Made by a program: the position numbers and the translations under genes. A DNA stretch of 64,000 nt, from UHGV virus genome UHGV-0332176; one strand, 5' to 3'. The stretch's first letter is position 1. Every line of letters begins with the position of its first letter. The notes under the pieces are model-generated. The model did no database searches, was not told the DNA's origin, and was given only the letters and a program-made list of their open reading frames with translations. Source of the DNA: a virus. Positions 19,660-29,032 of this stretch are shown piece after piece.

Positions 19660-19688
19660 TTGACAAATGATTTTTTATATATTATAAA
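19660..19688 (+). promoter_or_regulatory. early promoter, member of the aaaaaGTTCTTGACA family
   Basis: aaaaaaagttcTTGACAaatgattttttatatatTATAAA with a 17-nt spacer. Confidence 0.6.
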
Positions 19689-19694
19689 TATAAA

Positions 19695-19922
19695 TGTAAT
19701 CAGAAATGATTATAAATCGCAATAAACCGCTTGAGTTCACTTGACAGACGATTATTTGTATTTTTCAATTTTTAAGCAAATAATACAAGATGAGATTAAA
19801 ATTGACGTTCATAGAATGGGTGAGAAAGTATTGGTATCAACAATCTAATCCCAGAGTGCCGAAGGACGAAGCAGTCGGACAATTTAAATAGGTTGGATTT
19901 GAGTAATCCAACCTATTTTTTA
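19695..19922 (+). ncRNA. candidate small RNA or leadered microORF transcript (promoter 19660 to terminator 19887-19922)
   Basis: About 230 nt with no annotated ORF. It includes a locally GC-rich segment (cccagagtgccgaaggacgaagcagtcggac), a possible 33-codon ORF (19791..19892, MRLKLTFIEWVRKYWYQQSNPRVPKDEAVGQFK) and an intrinsic terminator (aggttggatttgagtaatccaacctattttt). Confidence 0.35.
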
Positions 19923-19933
19923 TAAATATTATT

Positions 19934-20437
19934 ATGAAAATAGATGAACTTTTACATAATACTTTATTAGATTTCTTATTAGAAGCTGAAAAAAATAATA
20001 AAACTTCTTTAGATACTTATAAGCAAATTAATGCATTGAAAAAATATGGTTTTAATGCAAACAAAACTATATGGGATAATGGTTTAACAGTTGCAGATAG
20101 ATATAAAAAGAAAGTTATTGAATTAGTTATTCAACACGCTAAAAATCTTAATAGAGAAATTTATCAATGGATTTCAAAAAATTATAATTTAGGAACAATT
20201 TATTGGAAAACATCAGATAGTTCTATATCTCAATATACATATTTTGTTTTAAAAAATGGTCAGCGTTTGAGCATAAGAATTTCTGACCATAGTAAACAAG
20301 AAAATCCTGATGCTAAAACACATTTATTAGATATTTTTTATAATACAAATTTTAATGATATTATAAAAAATAAAATAGATTATTTTATTAAAAAATATTC
20401 TGGCAATAAAAATTATAAGAAAATGCTTGACAAATAA
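19934..20437 (+). CDS. hypothetical protein
   Basis: 167 aa. Confidence 0.5.
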   Translation: MKIDELLHNTLLDFLLEAEKNNKTSLDTYKQINALKKYGFNANKTIWDNGLTVADRYKKKVIELVIQHAKNLNREIYQWISKNYNLGTIYWKTSDSSISQYTYFVLKNGQRLSIRISDHSKQENPDAKTHLLDIFYNTNFNDIIKNKIDYFIKKYSGNKNYKKMLDK

Positions 20438-20487
20438 ATTTATTGTTTTAATATACAAATAGTATTTAATTTTATGAAAGAAAAATT

Positions 20488-21177
20488 ATGTATATTAAAA
20501 CAATTTATGATTTAATAGAATTTGCTAAAACACATCCAAATTATACTTATACAAATTATGAAGGAGAGAGAATTGTCTATGATGAAAATTGTAGACGTAT
20601 TAGTGATATAAAAATTAATCATTTGATGATGCATTCATTAGAAACTATTGGAATTTTGGATTTTTGTGGTTGTGTAATATCCCATAGAGCTGTTAGAGAT
20701 TACAAAATTTCAAATATTGAAGATTTTGAAGCAAAGGTTAATAAAATTAAAAATGTTATGCAAAATCTTATTAAAAAAAGTAAAGATTTAAAAGTAAAAT
20801 CCATAAAACATTTAAGCGAATATTTTAAAAATGAATATGAAATAATATATGATAAAATGTATATATCATATTCTTATTGGGGTGGGGGAAATGATGAACA
20901 AACATTGTATATTAAGGAATTAAATGCTAATACACTTAATTCAACAATTTTTTATTTTCCTTATTACTATGCTGAAAATTTAAAAAATAAAGGTTTTTAT
21001 AAACATATAATGGATTTTTATATTAAAATATTCAATGGTTTTGATGAAGATTTTAGAGATTATAAAGAATATAAAACTAATAATTCTTTTATAATTAAGC
21101 CAGAATATTATGATTTAAAAAATAAAGCATATGAGTATGCATACAATGAAATTTTACAGGAGAGTAATAATGCCTAA
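20488..21177 (+). CDS. hypothetical protein
   Basis: 229 aa. Confidence 0.5.
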   Translation: MYIKTIYDLIEFAKTHPNYTYTNYEGERIVYDENCRRISDIKINHLMMHSLETIGILDFCGCVISHRAVRDYKISNIEDFEAKVNKIKNVMQNLIKKSKDLKVKSIKHLSEYFKNEYEIIYDKMYISYSYWGGGNDEQTLYIKELNANTLNSTIFYFPYYYAENLKNKGFYKHIMDFYIKIFNGFDEDFRDYKEYKTNNSFIIKPEYYDLKNKAYEYAYNEILQESNNA

Positions 21178-21361
21178 ATGTAATTGTGGTGGTAAATTAA
21201 AAAGTAGTTATTCTCAATATCCGTTAGGTGGTTGGAAATGTATATTATTTTGCTATAAAAGTAAATGGGAAGTTATTGGTGGTGGTTTTGGTTTTTCAAA
21301 ACGTGATGCATATAAAGCTGCATTTGATAAATTACAAAAATATGAAGAAAAATTTAAATAA
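21170..21361 (+). CDS. small zinc-ribbon protein
   Basis: ATG at 21170 with an RBS (ggagag). MPKCNCGG..CILFC contains Cys pairs. The table ORF 21131 is the same frame with a likely later start. Confidence 0.45.
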   Translation: MPKCNCGGKLKSSYSQYPLGGWKCILFCYKSKWEVIGGGFGFSKRDAYKAAFDKLQKYEEKFK

Positions 21362-21438
21362 TTAAATTTTCCTATTGACAAATTAAAAAACTATGATATT
21401 AATATATTATAGTTTTTAATTTTATTGGAGAAATAAAA

Positions 21439-21621
21439 ATGAATAATGAAAAAATTTTTGATTTGTTAATTTTAGAAGATGGTTGTAATTGGCAATTACC
21501 ATATTCAATTTTAATTCAAGAAAAATCTAAAAATTTTATTAAAAAATTAAATAAATTAGAAATTTTTGAAAAAATTATGGATGAATATAATCCATATTTG
21601 GAAATTAGACGTATTAAATAA
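21439..21621 (+). CDS. hypothetical small protein
   Basis: 60 aa with an RBS (ggagaaa). Confidence 0.4.
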   Translation: MNNEKIFDLLILEDGCNWQLPYSILIQEKSKNFIKKLNKLEIFEKIMDEYNPYLEIRRIK

Positions 21622-21648
21622 TATAATGGATTAAAAAGGAATAATATT

Positions 21649-22071
21649 ATGGCTTTGCAAAATGATTATATTCACATAGTTGTTAATCCTGATGAAACCA
21701 GAGATATATATTTTTTTGATGATAAATTAAAAGGTAAGCAAAAAAATGATTGGAAAACATATTTTGATAAAGATTTTTTAAAATCTAAAAATATTGCAAC
21801 TTTTAAAGTTGAAGATAAAAAAATATTTGCAAAATTTCATACTCTTGTTAAAATAGAAGAATGGCAGGAAATAAATGAAGCCAAAATGAAAGAAGATATT
21901 AAATTTGACGAATATGAACTATCAAAATTTAAAAAATTAACTGAAATAGAAATAGAATTTAAAAAACAAGAAAAAGTTGATATTTATAATGCATATGATG
22001 TTATTATGTATGCTTATTGGAGATTTTATGAACAATATCCTGAATTTATAAGAATTACTAAACAGGAGTAA
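21649..22071 (+). CDS. hypothetical protein
   Basis: 140 aa. Confidence 0.5.
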   Translation: MALQNDYIHIVVNPDETRDIYFFDDKLKGKQKNDWKTYFDKDFLKSKNIATFKVEDKKIFAKFHTLVKIEEWQEINEAKMKEDIKFDEYELSKFKKLTEIEIEFKKQEKVDIYNAYDVIMYAYWRFYEQYPEFIRITKQE

Positions 22072-22076
22072 TATTA

Positions 22077-23330
22077 ATGAAAACTTATTTAGTTGGTGGA
22101 GCAGTTAGAGATAAATTACTTGGAAAAGAACCACACGATAAAGATTATGTTGTAGTGGGTTCAACTATTGAAGAAATGCTATCACTTGGTTTTACACAAG
22201 TTGGTAAAGATTTTCCTGTATTCCTTCATCCTAAAACAGGGGAAGAATATGCTCTTGCTCGTACTGAACGTAAAACAGGTAGTAAACATACTGATTTTTC
22301 ATTTGAATTTTCTTCTAATATAACTCTTGAAGAAGATTTAATAAGACGTGATTTTACAATTAATGCAATGGCAATGAATATGGAAACAGGTGAAATCATT
22401 GATTATTTTAATGGAAAACAAGATTTAGAAAATAAAATCCTGCGTGCAGTAAGACCTGAAACTTTTATTGAAGACCCTCTTAGAGTATTGCGTGGATGTC
22501 GTTTTGCTGCTCAATTAGATTTTTCTATTGCTCCTGAAACAATGGAATTATTTAAACAAATGGTTTTAGATGGTATGCTAGAACATTTAACTGCAGAAAG
22601 AGTTTGGAAAGAAACTGAAAAAGCATTAGCAATAGTTTATCAATCTGAAAAATATTTTGAAAATTTAAGAAAATGTGGAGCATTAAAACTTTTAATGCCT
22701 GAAGTTAATAGATTATTTGATACTCCCGAACAACTTAAATATCATCCATCGGGAAATTCAGGTAAACATACAATGATTGCATTAACACGAGTTCAAAATG
22801 AAAATTCTTTAACAAAATTCATTGTATTATGTCACGATTTTGGTAAAGGTGTCACACCTGCTGATATTTTGCCAAAACATAGTGGACACGATGAAAGAGG
22901 GTTAGCTGAAATTGATGCTTTTTGTGATAGATTAAAAGTTCCTAATAATTATCGTGAAAATGCAAAAACATTTTGTAAAAATCATATGCGTATGGCTCGT
23001 TTTCCTGAAATGAATGTTAAAAAGCAATATGATATGATTAAAGAACTTTCTAATAATTTTAAAAATATTGAAACTTTACAAATGTTTATTGAAGGTTTTT
23101 ATGCTGATTGGACAGGTGAAAATGAACAAACAGCGTGGAATGATACAAAAGAAGCTGATGATATTACATATGTAATGAAAAAAATTTTTAATATTATGTA
23201 TGGTATTACTTTAAAAGATTTACCAGAAAAAACACAAGAAGATTTAAGTAAACAAAAAGGTGAAAAATTTGGTAAACTTTATCGTGATGCAATGATAAGT
23301 TATTTAAAATTTAATTTGAAAAATTCTTAA
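22077..23330 (+). CDS. cca: tRNA nucleotidyltransferase (CCA-adding enzyme) with an HD domain
   Basis: The N-terminal YLVGGAVRDKLLGKEPHDKDYVVVGS is the class II nucleotidyltransferase head motif. A downstream HD-like motif is present (LCHDFGKG). At 417 aa it is similar to bacterial CCA enzymes. Confidence 0.75.
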   Translation: MKTYLVGGAVRDKLLGKEPHDKDYVVVGSTIEEMLSLGFTQVGKDFPVFLHPKTGEEYALARTERKTGSKHTDFSFEFSSNITLEEDLIRRDFTINAMAMNMETGEIIDYFNGKQDLENKILRAVRPETFIEDPLRVLRGCRFAAQLDFSIAPETMELFKQMVLDGMLEHLTAERVWKETEKALAIVYQSEKYFENLRKCGALKLLMPEVNRLFDTPEQLKYHPSGNSGKHTMIALTRVQNENSLTKFIVLCHDFGKGVTPADILPKHSGHDERGLAEIDAFCDRLKVPNNYRENAKTFCKNHMRMARFPEMNVKKQYDMIKELSNNFKNIETLQMFIEGFYADWTGENEQTAWNDTKEADDITYVMKKIFNIMYGITLKDLPEKTQEDLSKQKGEKFGKLYRDAMISYLKFNLKNS

Positions 23331-23367
23331 AAATATGCAATAAATAATTCTTGTAAGAGATGCCTTA

Positions 23368-23904
23368 TTGGGTTTCTTACAAGAATTTAACTTGCTTTTT
23401 AAGGAGATAAAAATGACTAAAAATAATTTAGTATCATTATTTGATGATATTTTTGATAATAAAAATTCTTTTATTGGTTTTAACGAACTTTTTAACGATT
23501 TATCTAAATTTGATTTAAATCTTACAGAACGTGGTATTAAAGATTCTTTTCCACCATATAATGTTTATACAAAAGATGTTGATGTTTCTGGTAAAGATGA
23601 ACCAGAAATGTTATTAACTCATACTTTTATTGAAGTTGCTTGTGCAGGATTTAGAAAAGAAGAACTTTCAATAAAATTTGATGAAGACAGTTCAATTTTA
23701 ACTGTTGAAGGAAATGCTAAACATAAACCAGATATTGAAGATGTAAAATATTCTTATAAAGGTATTGCAACAAGATTATTTCAACGCCAATGGAAATTAT
23801 CTGGAAAATTAAAATTTGTTAAAGCATCTTATGAAGATGGAATTTTAAAAATGGAATTTGAACCACGAATGGAAGATAAAGTTACATCACTTCCGATTGA
23901 ATAA
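23368..23904 (+). CDS. small heat-shock protein (Hsp20/alpha-crystallin family)
   Basis: LTVEGNAKHK..YKGIATRLFQRQWKLSGKLKFVKASYEDGILKMEF matches the alpha-crystallin domain. Confidence 0.65.
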   Translation: MGFLQEFNLLFKEIKMTKNNLVSLFDDIFDNKNSFIGFNELFNDLSKFDLNLTERGIKDSFPPYNVYTKDVDVSGKDEPEMLLTHTFIEVACAGFRKEELSIKFDEDSSILTVEGNAKHKPDIEDVKYSYKGIATRLFQRQWKLSGKLKFVKASYEDGILKMEFEPRMEDKVTSLPIE

Positions 23905-23932
23905 AAAAGAGGAGCAAAAGCTCCTCTTTTTA
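23905..23932. terminator. bidirectional hairpin terminator between convergent genes
   Basis: aaagaggagcaaaagctcctcttttt. Confidence 0.7.
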
Positions 23933-26890
23933 ATCATTTATACCCCATTTGATATTATCAAGATTTCCATATAATTGTTTTAAGAACCATCCAAATTTTT
24001 CTTTTGTTATTCTAACAGCATCTTCAAAATCTTCATCAGGTGAAATATATATCCATATTAAAACTTCATTATTATCACATAGTGTCCCTGCTATATCACC
24101 ATCAACGTCAAAATCATTATTAATAACACCGTGGACAGCTTCATCAGCATCCCAAATAAATAATGTTTTATTAAATGAATTGTAAAAAAATCTAAATGCA
24201 CCATATGCTGTTTTTGAAAAAGAATTTTTTATCCATTCAGCAGAAGGATTTTTCCAAATAGTTAAATATTTATTTTCTTCTGTCCAATCATCATAAAAAT
24301 CACCTTTATAAAAAATTGATTCGTTAATTTGTTTATCTTTATATATGTTATAAAGTTTTAATCCTGATTCTTTTGGCAATTCATTATATAATGAAAATTG
24401 ACCAACTTTAAATTCTGTATTTCCATCTTGTGAAACAATAAACCATTCTTTTCTTAAAGTTTTAATATCTGGTAAAATATATCTATCTTTATTATAAAGA
24501 ATAGCAACAGGTATATCTACATTAGGTTCTTTCCTTTTAACAGAAGCAACTCTATGTCTTCCTTCGTGATTTGTTACAATAAGTTTTTTATTTTTTTCAT
24601 CAACATCAACTTTTAAAAATGGAATACCATATGGTTTTCTTTCATCAATTTGTTTATCAAACCATTCATCATCGCCATATGAATATTTCGGACAAAGTTT
24701 TAAAAATTGAAATGGATACATAGTAGCAAATAAATTATGACCAATTGTTGCAGGAACATTACCTAATGCATCCATATTATTTTGCCAATTAACATTTCCA
24801 TACCAAGATGATTCATTAATTGAATTGTCCCACATTTTATGTAAAGTTTTATAAATCAAATTTATTTGATGTTTATCAAATTTCCATAATTTATTAATGT
24901 TTTCATCTGCCCATTCAAATGGAGTATTACCATATTTTTTAGACATTGCACACCAATCAGCACACATTTCAATTATTGCATCGTCAGGCATTTTGCCACA
25001 AACATCAGGTATTTGACCATCGTGTGTCCAAGATTTATCCCAAAATTGAGAATGATGAGATGCTTGCTTATAATGTTTATCTTGTGTATTTTTAAATTCT
25101 TTCCATTCATTAGGATTTAATGATTGCTTACCTATCACAAATCCTTTAACATATGGAATAAACATATCAGGTTTTAATTTATCTAAATCGTGATTTGGAT
25201 AATTTTTTCCAACTTTAGATGCATAATAATTAACTAATTGACGATGTTTAGCTAATATTTGTAAAAATTCTTGTTTATCTTCTTCTGATACAATAGTTTG
25301 ATTATATTTTAAATTATTTGATTCATCTAGTAAACCTAAATCGTCATCGGCATATAATTCTTCCCATTTTTCTTTTGGAATAGTATTTGTAGAATTATCT
25401 TTTGAATTATATCCTAATTTATTAAACCAATCACTAAATGTAAAACCCCAAATATCATAATCATTTTTTCTAAACATTACATTAGCAAAACCATCTCTGA
25501 ATTTTTTATCAACTGGATAAATGTATCTTCTAAAAATATCATCGTGAGTTCCGTAATATGCATCCCAAACATAAATATCATCATTAAAATGAGGACCAAC
25601 AATTGCTCTTAATTGTTTATTCTTGGAATTTTTTAATAAATCATTAAATTCTTTTTTAGTAGGATTTTTTAAAATAGTGAAAAAAACGTCATCACCTTGT
25701 ACATCTTTCCATTGAGTAGCATAAAAAAGACTTTCTTCTAAAAATCCATTATTTTTTAAATATTGAGGAATTAAAGTATTATAATAATTAAAAGTTTTTT
25801 TAAAATCTGATATTGCATCAAATTTATTACATTCATAAATTTTACGATAAATTTTATTTTGTGTATATATGACTATTTCAGATGATTCATTGATATTATT
25901 TTGTTGATTTGTATGAGCAATATCTTCTTTTTTGAAAAAACGCTCATCATAAATAGGATGTTTTATATCTAAATCAAAAATATCAATATTTAATATTAAT
26001 GATGAAATAATATCAGTATCACCAGTTTCGCTTTCCACTCTACAATATTGGTCTCCATCTTTATCTACATTGACAGCTTTAACAATCCATTTAATATTAT
26101 TTTCATCTATATATGCCATACCTGGTTCAAATTCAATATAATCATTATCAAACATTACACCAGTATTACCAAATTCAGATTTTCTTTTAACATATCCTTC
26201 ATCTAAATTTCTTGGTTGTTTTTTTATTAAATGAATAAGTTTATTATCTAAAATTGCAACATTATTTGTTCCGCCTTCAGTTAATAAAACTGAATTAAAA
26301 CTTTTTTTAATAATATCTAAATATTGTTCTGTAATTTCCCAATTATCAAGAAAATTAATATCATCATTTTTAAAATCCATCCAAGAATTATAATAATGAA
26401 TATTATACATATCATCATAATATTTAATTTTACCAACTTTTGATTCAAGCCATTCATAATGTGACTTGCTTGATAAATCAAAACAGTTGGATAAATCTAA
26501 TTGGGCAATATAAACCCATTTTCCATATTGTTCAGCAAAATTAATATCTGAAGACCAAAAACTTGGTGTTTTAAATTTATTAATATTATTGACGGGTGAA
26601 CCGTGATAATATACGTTAGAATATGCTGTTTCAAATATTGGTCTGGCAATTATTTTTACATAATCATTTTCAAATACTAATGAATTTTTAACATTTTCAT
26701 TAAGATTTTTAAAAGATTCTGATAAATTTTGAGGTTTATTAAATTGAATTTTTTGACAATTTTTTTTAATATCATCAAAAGAAAACCAATTTAATATGTT
26801 ATTATTATTTAATAATATATTATTATTTTTAATACATTCTACAATAAAAATTTGATGACCAAAACGTATTTTGTTTCCGACTTTTAACAT
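23930..26890 (-). CDS. 986-aa late protein with an ART-fold-like N-terminal region (candidate Alt-like packaged ADP-ribosyltransferase)
   Basis: The N-terminal ..SNVYYHGSPVNNINKFKTPSFWSSDINFAEQYGKW is paralogous to the N-terminus of 2540..3946. A TATAAATA late-promoter motif lies upstream on the minus strand (26926-26933). This is the only long minus-strand gene in the region. Confidence 0.6.
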   Translation of the reverse strand: MLKVGNKIRFGHQIFIVECIKNNNILLNNNNILNWFSFDDIKKNCQKIQFNKPQNLSESFKNLNENVKNSLVFENDYVKIIARPIFETAYSNVYYHGSPVNNINKFKTPSFWSSDINFAEQYGKWVYIAQLDLSNCFDLSSKSHYEWLESKVGKIKYYDDMYNIHYYNSWMDFKNDDINFLDNWEITEQYLDIIKKSFNSVLLTEGGTNNVAILDNKLIHLIKKQPRNLDEGYVKRKSEFGNTGVMFDNDYIEFEPGMAYIDENNIKWIVKAVNVDKDGDQYCRVESETGDTDIISSLILNIDIFDLDIKHPIYDERFFKKEDIAHTNQQNNINESSEIVIYTQNKIYRKIYECNKFDAISDFKKTFNYYNTLIPQYLKNNGFLEESLFYATQWKDVQGDDVFFTILKNPTKKEFNDLLKNSKNKQLRAIVGPHFNDDIYVWDAYYGTHDDIFRRYIYPVDKKFRDGFANVMFRKNDYDIWGFTFSDWFNKLGYNSKDNSTNTIPKEKWEELYADDDLGLLDESNNLKYNQTIVSEEDKQEFLQILAKHRQLVNYYASKVGKNYPNHDLDKLKPDMFIPYVKGFVIGKQSLNPNEWKEFKNTQDKHYKQASHHSQFWDKSWTHDGQIPDVCGKMPDDAIIEMCADWCAMSKKYGNTPFEWADENINKLWKFDKHQINLIYKTLHKMWDNSINESSWYGNVNWQNNMDALGNVPATIGHNLFATMYPFQFLKLCPKYSYGDDEWFDKQIDERKPYGIPFLKVDVDEKNKKLIVTNHEGRHRVASVKRKEPNVDIPVAILYNKDRYILPDIKTLRKEWFIVSQDGNTEFKVGQFSLYNELPKESGLKLYNIYKDKQINESIFYKGDFYDDWTEENKYLTIWKNPSAEWIKNSFSKTAYGAFRFFYNSFNKTLFIWDADEAVHGVINNDFDVDGDIAGTLCDNNEVLIWIYISPDEDFEDAVRITKEKFGWFLKQLYGNLDNIKWGIND

Positions 26891-26895
26891 ATTTC

Positions 26896-26924
26896 TTGAC
26901 TTTTCCTAAAAATTATTATATAAA
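26896..26924 (+). promoter_or_regulatory. sigma70-like promoter for 26954, divergent from the late promoter of 23930..26890
   Basis: TTGACTtttcctaaaaattattaTATAAA. Confidence 0.4.
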
Positions 26925-26953
26925 GTATTTATAGATTAAATTTAGGAGAAATA

Positions 26954-27160
26954 ATGACATTAAAAGAAATTATGGAAAAATCAAAACAAGATAATCGTGG
27001 TTATATAAAGAGAAAATCTTCTTTGGAAAAAAATGATTATTTTTGTTTAGATAGTCATTTATCGGCAGTTGATAATAATGGATATTTAAAAGTATTTACA
27101 AATGAAGAATTGATAGCAACAGATTGGGAAATACTTGATTGGGAAACTTTAAATGCTTAA
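26954..27160 (+). CDS. hypothetical small protein
   Basis: 68 aa with an RBS (aggagaa). Confidence 0.45.
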   Translation: MTLKEIMEKSKQDNRGYIKRKSSLEKNDYFCLDSHLSAVDNNGYLKVFTNEELIATDWEILDWETLNA

Positions 27161-27731
27161 ATGTAAATTTTGTAATAAAGAATTTAAAACAACTTCTGGT
27201 TATGAACGACATATGTGTGAAAAGAAAAATAGATATGTAAATTTTAATCATACAGCATTTTCGTATTATAATGATTTTTTAATATGGTCACATACTAAAA
27301 AAAGTAAAAATCCTGAAGAACAAAAAATGGGGTTTATTAAATCTTCTTTTTATAAAGATTTCGTGAATTTATCTGATTGGTTATCAGAAATAAATGCTTT
27401 TTCTCCTCATTTATATATTCAATGGGTAGTAAAAAATAATGTTTCAATTAAAGATTGGATAAAAAGTCGGACTTATCATAGTTTTTTATTTGAATATTTA
27501 AAGTTAGAAAATGATGATGAAGCTATTTTTCGTAGTCAACAATTTTTAGATAATAAAAATGAAACTCTTGAAACTATTGCACCATATGATTTATATATGG
27601 CATTATATTATGGACATATTAGTTTTAAATATATTAAAAAAAAGAATTTTGATTATAAAAATAAAATTGATATTGTTGTAACAAAAGAAGAATTAAATCA
27701 GCTTGAATTTTTTTTGGAGAGTTTATTATAA
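27153..27731 (+). CDS. hypothetical protein with an N-terminal C2H2-like zinc finger
   Basis: CKFCNKEFKTTSGYERHMC. Confidence 0.5.
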   Translation: MLKCKFCNKEFKTTSGYERHMCEKKNRYVNFNHTAFSYYNDFLIWSHTKKSKNPEEQKMGFIKSSFYKDFVNLSDWLSEINAFSPHLYIQWVVKNNVSIKDWIKSRTYHSFLFEYLKLENDDEAIFRSQQFLDNKNETLETIAPYDLYMALYYGHISFKYIKKKNFDYKNKIDIVVTKEELNQLEFFLESLL

Positions 27732-27961
27732 TGTATGCTTTATTAAGTTTTATAATTTCAATGACATTATATGTATTAATATCTTATCCAGTAATGGCAT
27801 TTTTAATATTAGATATAAGTCCAGAAGATTTTTGTGCTTGGTTTGCATTTAATAATGAAAATCTAGCAAAAATATATTTTTATTTTTCTCCAATTACTTT
27901 ACCAATTTTATTTTTATATTTAGTTTATAAAGGAATATTAGATATAAAATGGAAGAAATAA
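27731..27961 (+). CDS. small membrane protein
   Basis: Two hydrophobic helices. Confidence 0.45.
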   Translation: MYALLSFIISMTLYVLISYPVMAFLILDISPEDFCAWFAFNNENLAKIYFYFSPITLPILFLYLVYKGILDIKWKK

Positions 27962-28548
27962 AAAAATATAATCTCCCTGACCTTGATATTGATATGGGTC
28001 AAACAACACGTGATGCAATTTTAAATAAATTGCATCACATTCCTGCATCTAAAATAAATGATAAAGGAATTAATCCGCACGGAGTGGGAATTTATTTTTG
28101 TAATATACCATATGATAGATTAACAGGTTTAGCTTCAATAGATTATAAGCACGCTGAAGAAGATTTAGGATATATTAAATTAGATTTTCTTCATAATACT
28201 GTTTATGATAAATTTACTTCTCGTCAACAAATTTTAAATATTATTAATAATGAACCAAATTGGAATTTATTATATAAAAAAGAAATTGTTGAACAATTAC
28301 CGCATATTAATAATTATTTTACTTTATTAAATCAATTACCGAAAATTAATTCTATTGAAAAATTAGCAATGTTTATTGCTATCATTAGACCTGCAAAAAA
28401 ATATTTAATTGATGAAGTTATTAAAAATGATTGGGAATCTATTAATGATAGAATATGGTTAAAAGAAGATTCAGGATATATGTATAAAAAATCACACGCT
28501 ATTGCATATGCGTTATCAATTATTGTTGCTCTTGGTCAAATTAATTAA
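27949..28548 (+). CDS. hypothetical protein
   Basis: 199 aa. The stop overlaps the stop of the convergent gene 28545..28973 at TTAA. Confidence 0.5.
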   Translation: MEEIKKYNLPDLDIDMGQTTRDAILNKLHHIPASKINDKGINPHGVGIYFCNIPYDRLTGLASIDYKHAEEDLGYIKLDFLHNTVYDKFTSRQQILNIINNEPNWNLLYKKEIVEQLPHINNYFTLLNQLPKINSIEKLAMFIAIIRPAKKYLIDEVIKNDWESINDRIWLKEDSGYMYKKSHAIAYALSIIVALGQIN

Positions 28549-28973
28549 TATCCGCTTGCATACCAAAATGAACCATTTGAAGTATCACCTGCTTTACTTC
28601 CTGATGAAAAATAAGTAAAATTATTTTTAGTTCTTGAATCCCATTTAATCCATCCATATATCCAACTACCAGAAGAATTATAAACTGTTATAACTGGAAT
28701 ATAACTTGTAGTGTTAAATGGAGTTAAAAAATTAATTGTTCCTTCACCAGCATTATTTAAATTAATAATAATATTTCCACCTTGTTCAATAAATCCATCA
28801 TTCCATTTACGATACCATCTATTGCCATCGGTTGAAGCATCAACAACATATTTCATTGAATTAATTTTTGAATCAATATTATTTAATAAATTTGTAAAAT
28901 TTAATGTTATTTCATTAAATTTATCAATTAATCCATTGATTCTTTCCATATCTATTTTACTTATATCAGCCAT
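28545..28973 (-). CDS. small late protein, paralog family A (coiled-coil N-terminus, beta-rich C-terminus; candidate fibre/adhesin or decoration protein)
   Basis: Paralogous to 32053..32532(-) and 47601..48050(-). It shares NxxWYRKWNDGxIEQGG with the 47601 paralog. Confidence 0.6.
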   Translation of the reverse strand: MADISKIDMERINGLIDKFNEITLNFTNLLNNIDSKINSMKYVVDASTDGNRWYRKWNDGFIEQGGNIIINLNNAGEGTINFLTPFNTTSYIPVITVYNSSGSWIYGWIKWDSRTKNNFTYFSSGSKAGDTSNGSFWYASGY

Positions 28974-28983
28974 CTATATATCC

Positions 28984-29014
28984 TTTGTAAGATATTTAAT
29001 AAATATCTTACAAA
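28984..29014. promoter_or_regulatory. 31-bp perfect palindrome directly upstream of minus-strand gene 28545..28973
   Basis: tttgtaagatatttaataaatatcttacaaa. This is a variant of the palindromes at 32541 and 48059 and contains AATAAATA (late-promoter-like). Confidence 0.5.
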
Positions 29015-29032
29015 ATAATGTTTTATGCTGAA

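Noticed and set aside
22077-23330. Possibility that 22077..23330 is poly(A) polymerase rather than a CCA-adding enzyme
   Set aside because: The presence of a C-terminal HD-like region and the adjacent large tRNA cluster favour a CCA-adding enzyme, but the two families are hard to separate without an alignment. The CCA call is kept at moderate confidence.
23949-24185. Plus-strand ORF antisense to the 986-aa late gene
   Set aside because: Embedded antisense ORF with no RBS.
28711-29031. Plus-strand ORF overlapping the paralog gene 28545..28973 and its palindrome
   Set aside because: Antisense to a gene supported by paralogy. Hydrophobic low-complexity translation.
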